DNA of 64,000 bases from a bacterium (GTDB lineage Bacteria; Bacteroidota; Bacteroidia; Bacteroidales; UBA932): positions 391 to 64,390 of the forward strand of contig CAVGCT010000019.1 in NCBI GenBank assembly GCA_963627885.1, given 5' to 3'. The notes under the pieces are model-generated. The model was not told where the DNA came from, did no database searches, and was given only the letters and a program-made list of their open reading frames with translations. A program made the position numbers and the translations under genes. Numbering within the stretch: the stretch's first letter is position 1; the number at the start of each line of letters is the position of its first letter. Shown here piece by piece: positions 63,079 through 64,000 of this stretch.

Positions 63079-64000
63079 ATGGCTGTTGAGTACCCTTCCG
63101 GCTGGAAAGACTACGAACTTCTGGACTGCGGCGGTTTCGAGAAACTCGAAAGGTTCGGCGCATACACCCTCATCCGTCCCGAGCCCAAGGCTCTGTGGGA
63201 CAAGAGCATGAGCGAAGCGCAGTGGAACAGCGCCGCGCAGGTGCGCTTCCGTCCGGGGGCGGGCTTCGGCAAGGCCGGGAAGGAAGACAGCGGAACCTGG
63301 GACATGCTCGGAAAGATGAACGACCGCTGGTTCATCCGCTACGGCGGGGCCGGGAAGCCGGATTTTTCGCTCCGTCTCGGTCTGACTTCCTTCAAGCACG
63401 TGGGGGTGTTCCCCGAACAGGCTCCCAACTGGGATTATATCCACGCCAACACCCGCGCCCTGGTCGCCAAGGCCCGCGAAGAAGGCGCTCCGGTTCCCAA
63501 GGTGCTCAACCTGTTCGCCTACACCGGGGCCGCGTCTCTGGCCGCGAAGGCCGCCGGAGCCGAAGTGACCCATCTCGACTCCGTCAGGCAAGTCGTGACA
63601 TGGGCCCGGGAGAACATGGAGCGCAGCGGGATGGACGGCATCCGCTGGGTCGTGGAAGACGCGATGAAGTTCGCCCGCAGGGAGCAGCGCCGCGGCAACA
63701 CCTATCAGGGCATAATTCTGGACCCGCCCGCCTATGGGCACGGCCCCGACGGAGAAAAGTGGAAGCTTGACGAGTGCCTGTTCGACATGCTCAAGACCGT
63801 CTCCGGCATTCTTGCCCCAAAAGACAGCTTCATGGTTCTGAACCTCTATTCCAACGGCTATTCCGCCGCCCTGGGCGAGACGCTCGTGAGAGAGGCCTTC
63901 GGAATATCGAAAAACTCCGCCGCCGAAATCGGCAGCGGAGAACTCGCATTGACCGACCGCTATGGCAAGGTATTGCCCCTGAGCATAGTGATACGGCTGA
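63079..64000 (+). CDS. class I SAM-dependent methyltransferase (RlmI-like catalytic domain), 3' end outside window
   Basis: Not in the ORF track because it has no stop in the window. My translation from ATG 63079 gives MAVEYPSGWKDYELLDCGGFEKLERFG..., LNLFAYTGAASLAA (motif I) and IILDPPAYG (motif IV). The track ORFs 63195..63770(+) and 63049..63741(-) are off-frame shadows. Confidence 0.8.
   Translation, partial: MAVEYPSGWKDYELLDCGGFEKLERFGAYTLIRPEPKALWDKSMSEAQWNSAAQVRFRPGAGFGKAGKEDSGTWDMLGKMNDRWFIRYGGAGKPDFSLRLGLTSFKHVGVFPEQAPNWDYIHANTRALVAKAREEGAPVPKVLNLFAYTGAASLAAKAAGAEVTHLDSVRQVVTWARENMERSGMDGIRWVVEDAMKFARREQRRGNTYQGIILDPPAYGHGPDGEKWKLDECLFDMLKTVSGILAPKDSFMVLNLYSNGYSAALGETLVREAFGISKNSAAEIGSGELALTDRYGKVLPLSIVIRL

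Noticed and set aside
63049-63770. Track ORFs 63195-63770(+) and 63049-63741(-)
   Set aside because: Both are off-frame relative to an open frame from ATG 63079 that carries clear SAM-methyltransferase motifs and simply lacks a stop within the window.
1-64000. Looked for CRISPR arrays, rRNA, tmRNA, RNase P RNA, IS elements or transposases, integrases and phage genes
   Set aside because: None was recognised by eye in any intergenic region or ORF translation. The absence is based on manual reading only and should be confirmed with dedicated tools.

Overview
This 64-kb chromosomal segment reads as Bacteroidota, probably Bacteroidales, and is fairly G+C-rich. Three things support the assignment: TAnnTTTG '-7' promoter boxes sit in front of most operon starts, there is an Oar-like TonB-dependent receptor, and the long-form urocanase, extended ribosomal protein S16 and RND pump with a PG0541-like small gene are all typical of the phylum. 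I call about 54 protein genes (one partial at the right edge), one tRNA-Leu(GAG), one methyltransferase pseudogene, eight hairpin terminators and 18 promoter boxes. Nearly all content is housekeeping. It includes lepA, menA, dcp, rsgA, rnr, gpmI, recO, rdgB, lplA/lpd, rimM-rpsP, a compact ftcD-hutU-hutH-hutI histidine-utilisation operon, metK, smpB, miaA, trmB, holB, ispB, trxA, a tetR-tolC-MFP-RND efflux operon, lgt and pgk. Genes are tightly packed, with many ATGA-type stop/start overlaps. I saw no CRISPR array, rRNA, IS element, integrase or phage genes. The only clearly accessory stretch is about 33.9-36.1 kb. It is AT-richer by eye and holds an AAA+/DUF4143-type ATPase with a C-terminal D...ExK nuclease-like motif, tandem palindromic repeats, and the 3' remnant of a DNA methyltransferase. 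I did not find a convincing new multi-gene system. The best leads are that islet, a structured terminator-containing metK leader (possible SAM riboswitch), a PrtC-type U32 gene with an intact CX6CX15CX3C Fe-S motif beside prenyl/quinone genes, a PII-like small protein coupled to the RND pump, a repeat-encoded Gly/Met/Ser/Asp loop in the TolC-like protein, and a dispersed family of near-identical GGGGCTGRCC terminator hairpins. All homology calls come from reading motifs in the supplied translations, and no database search was run.
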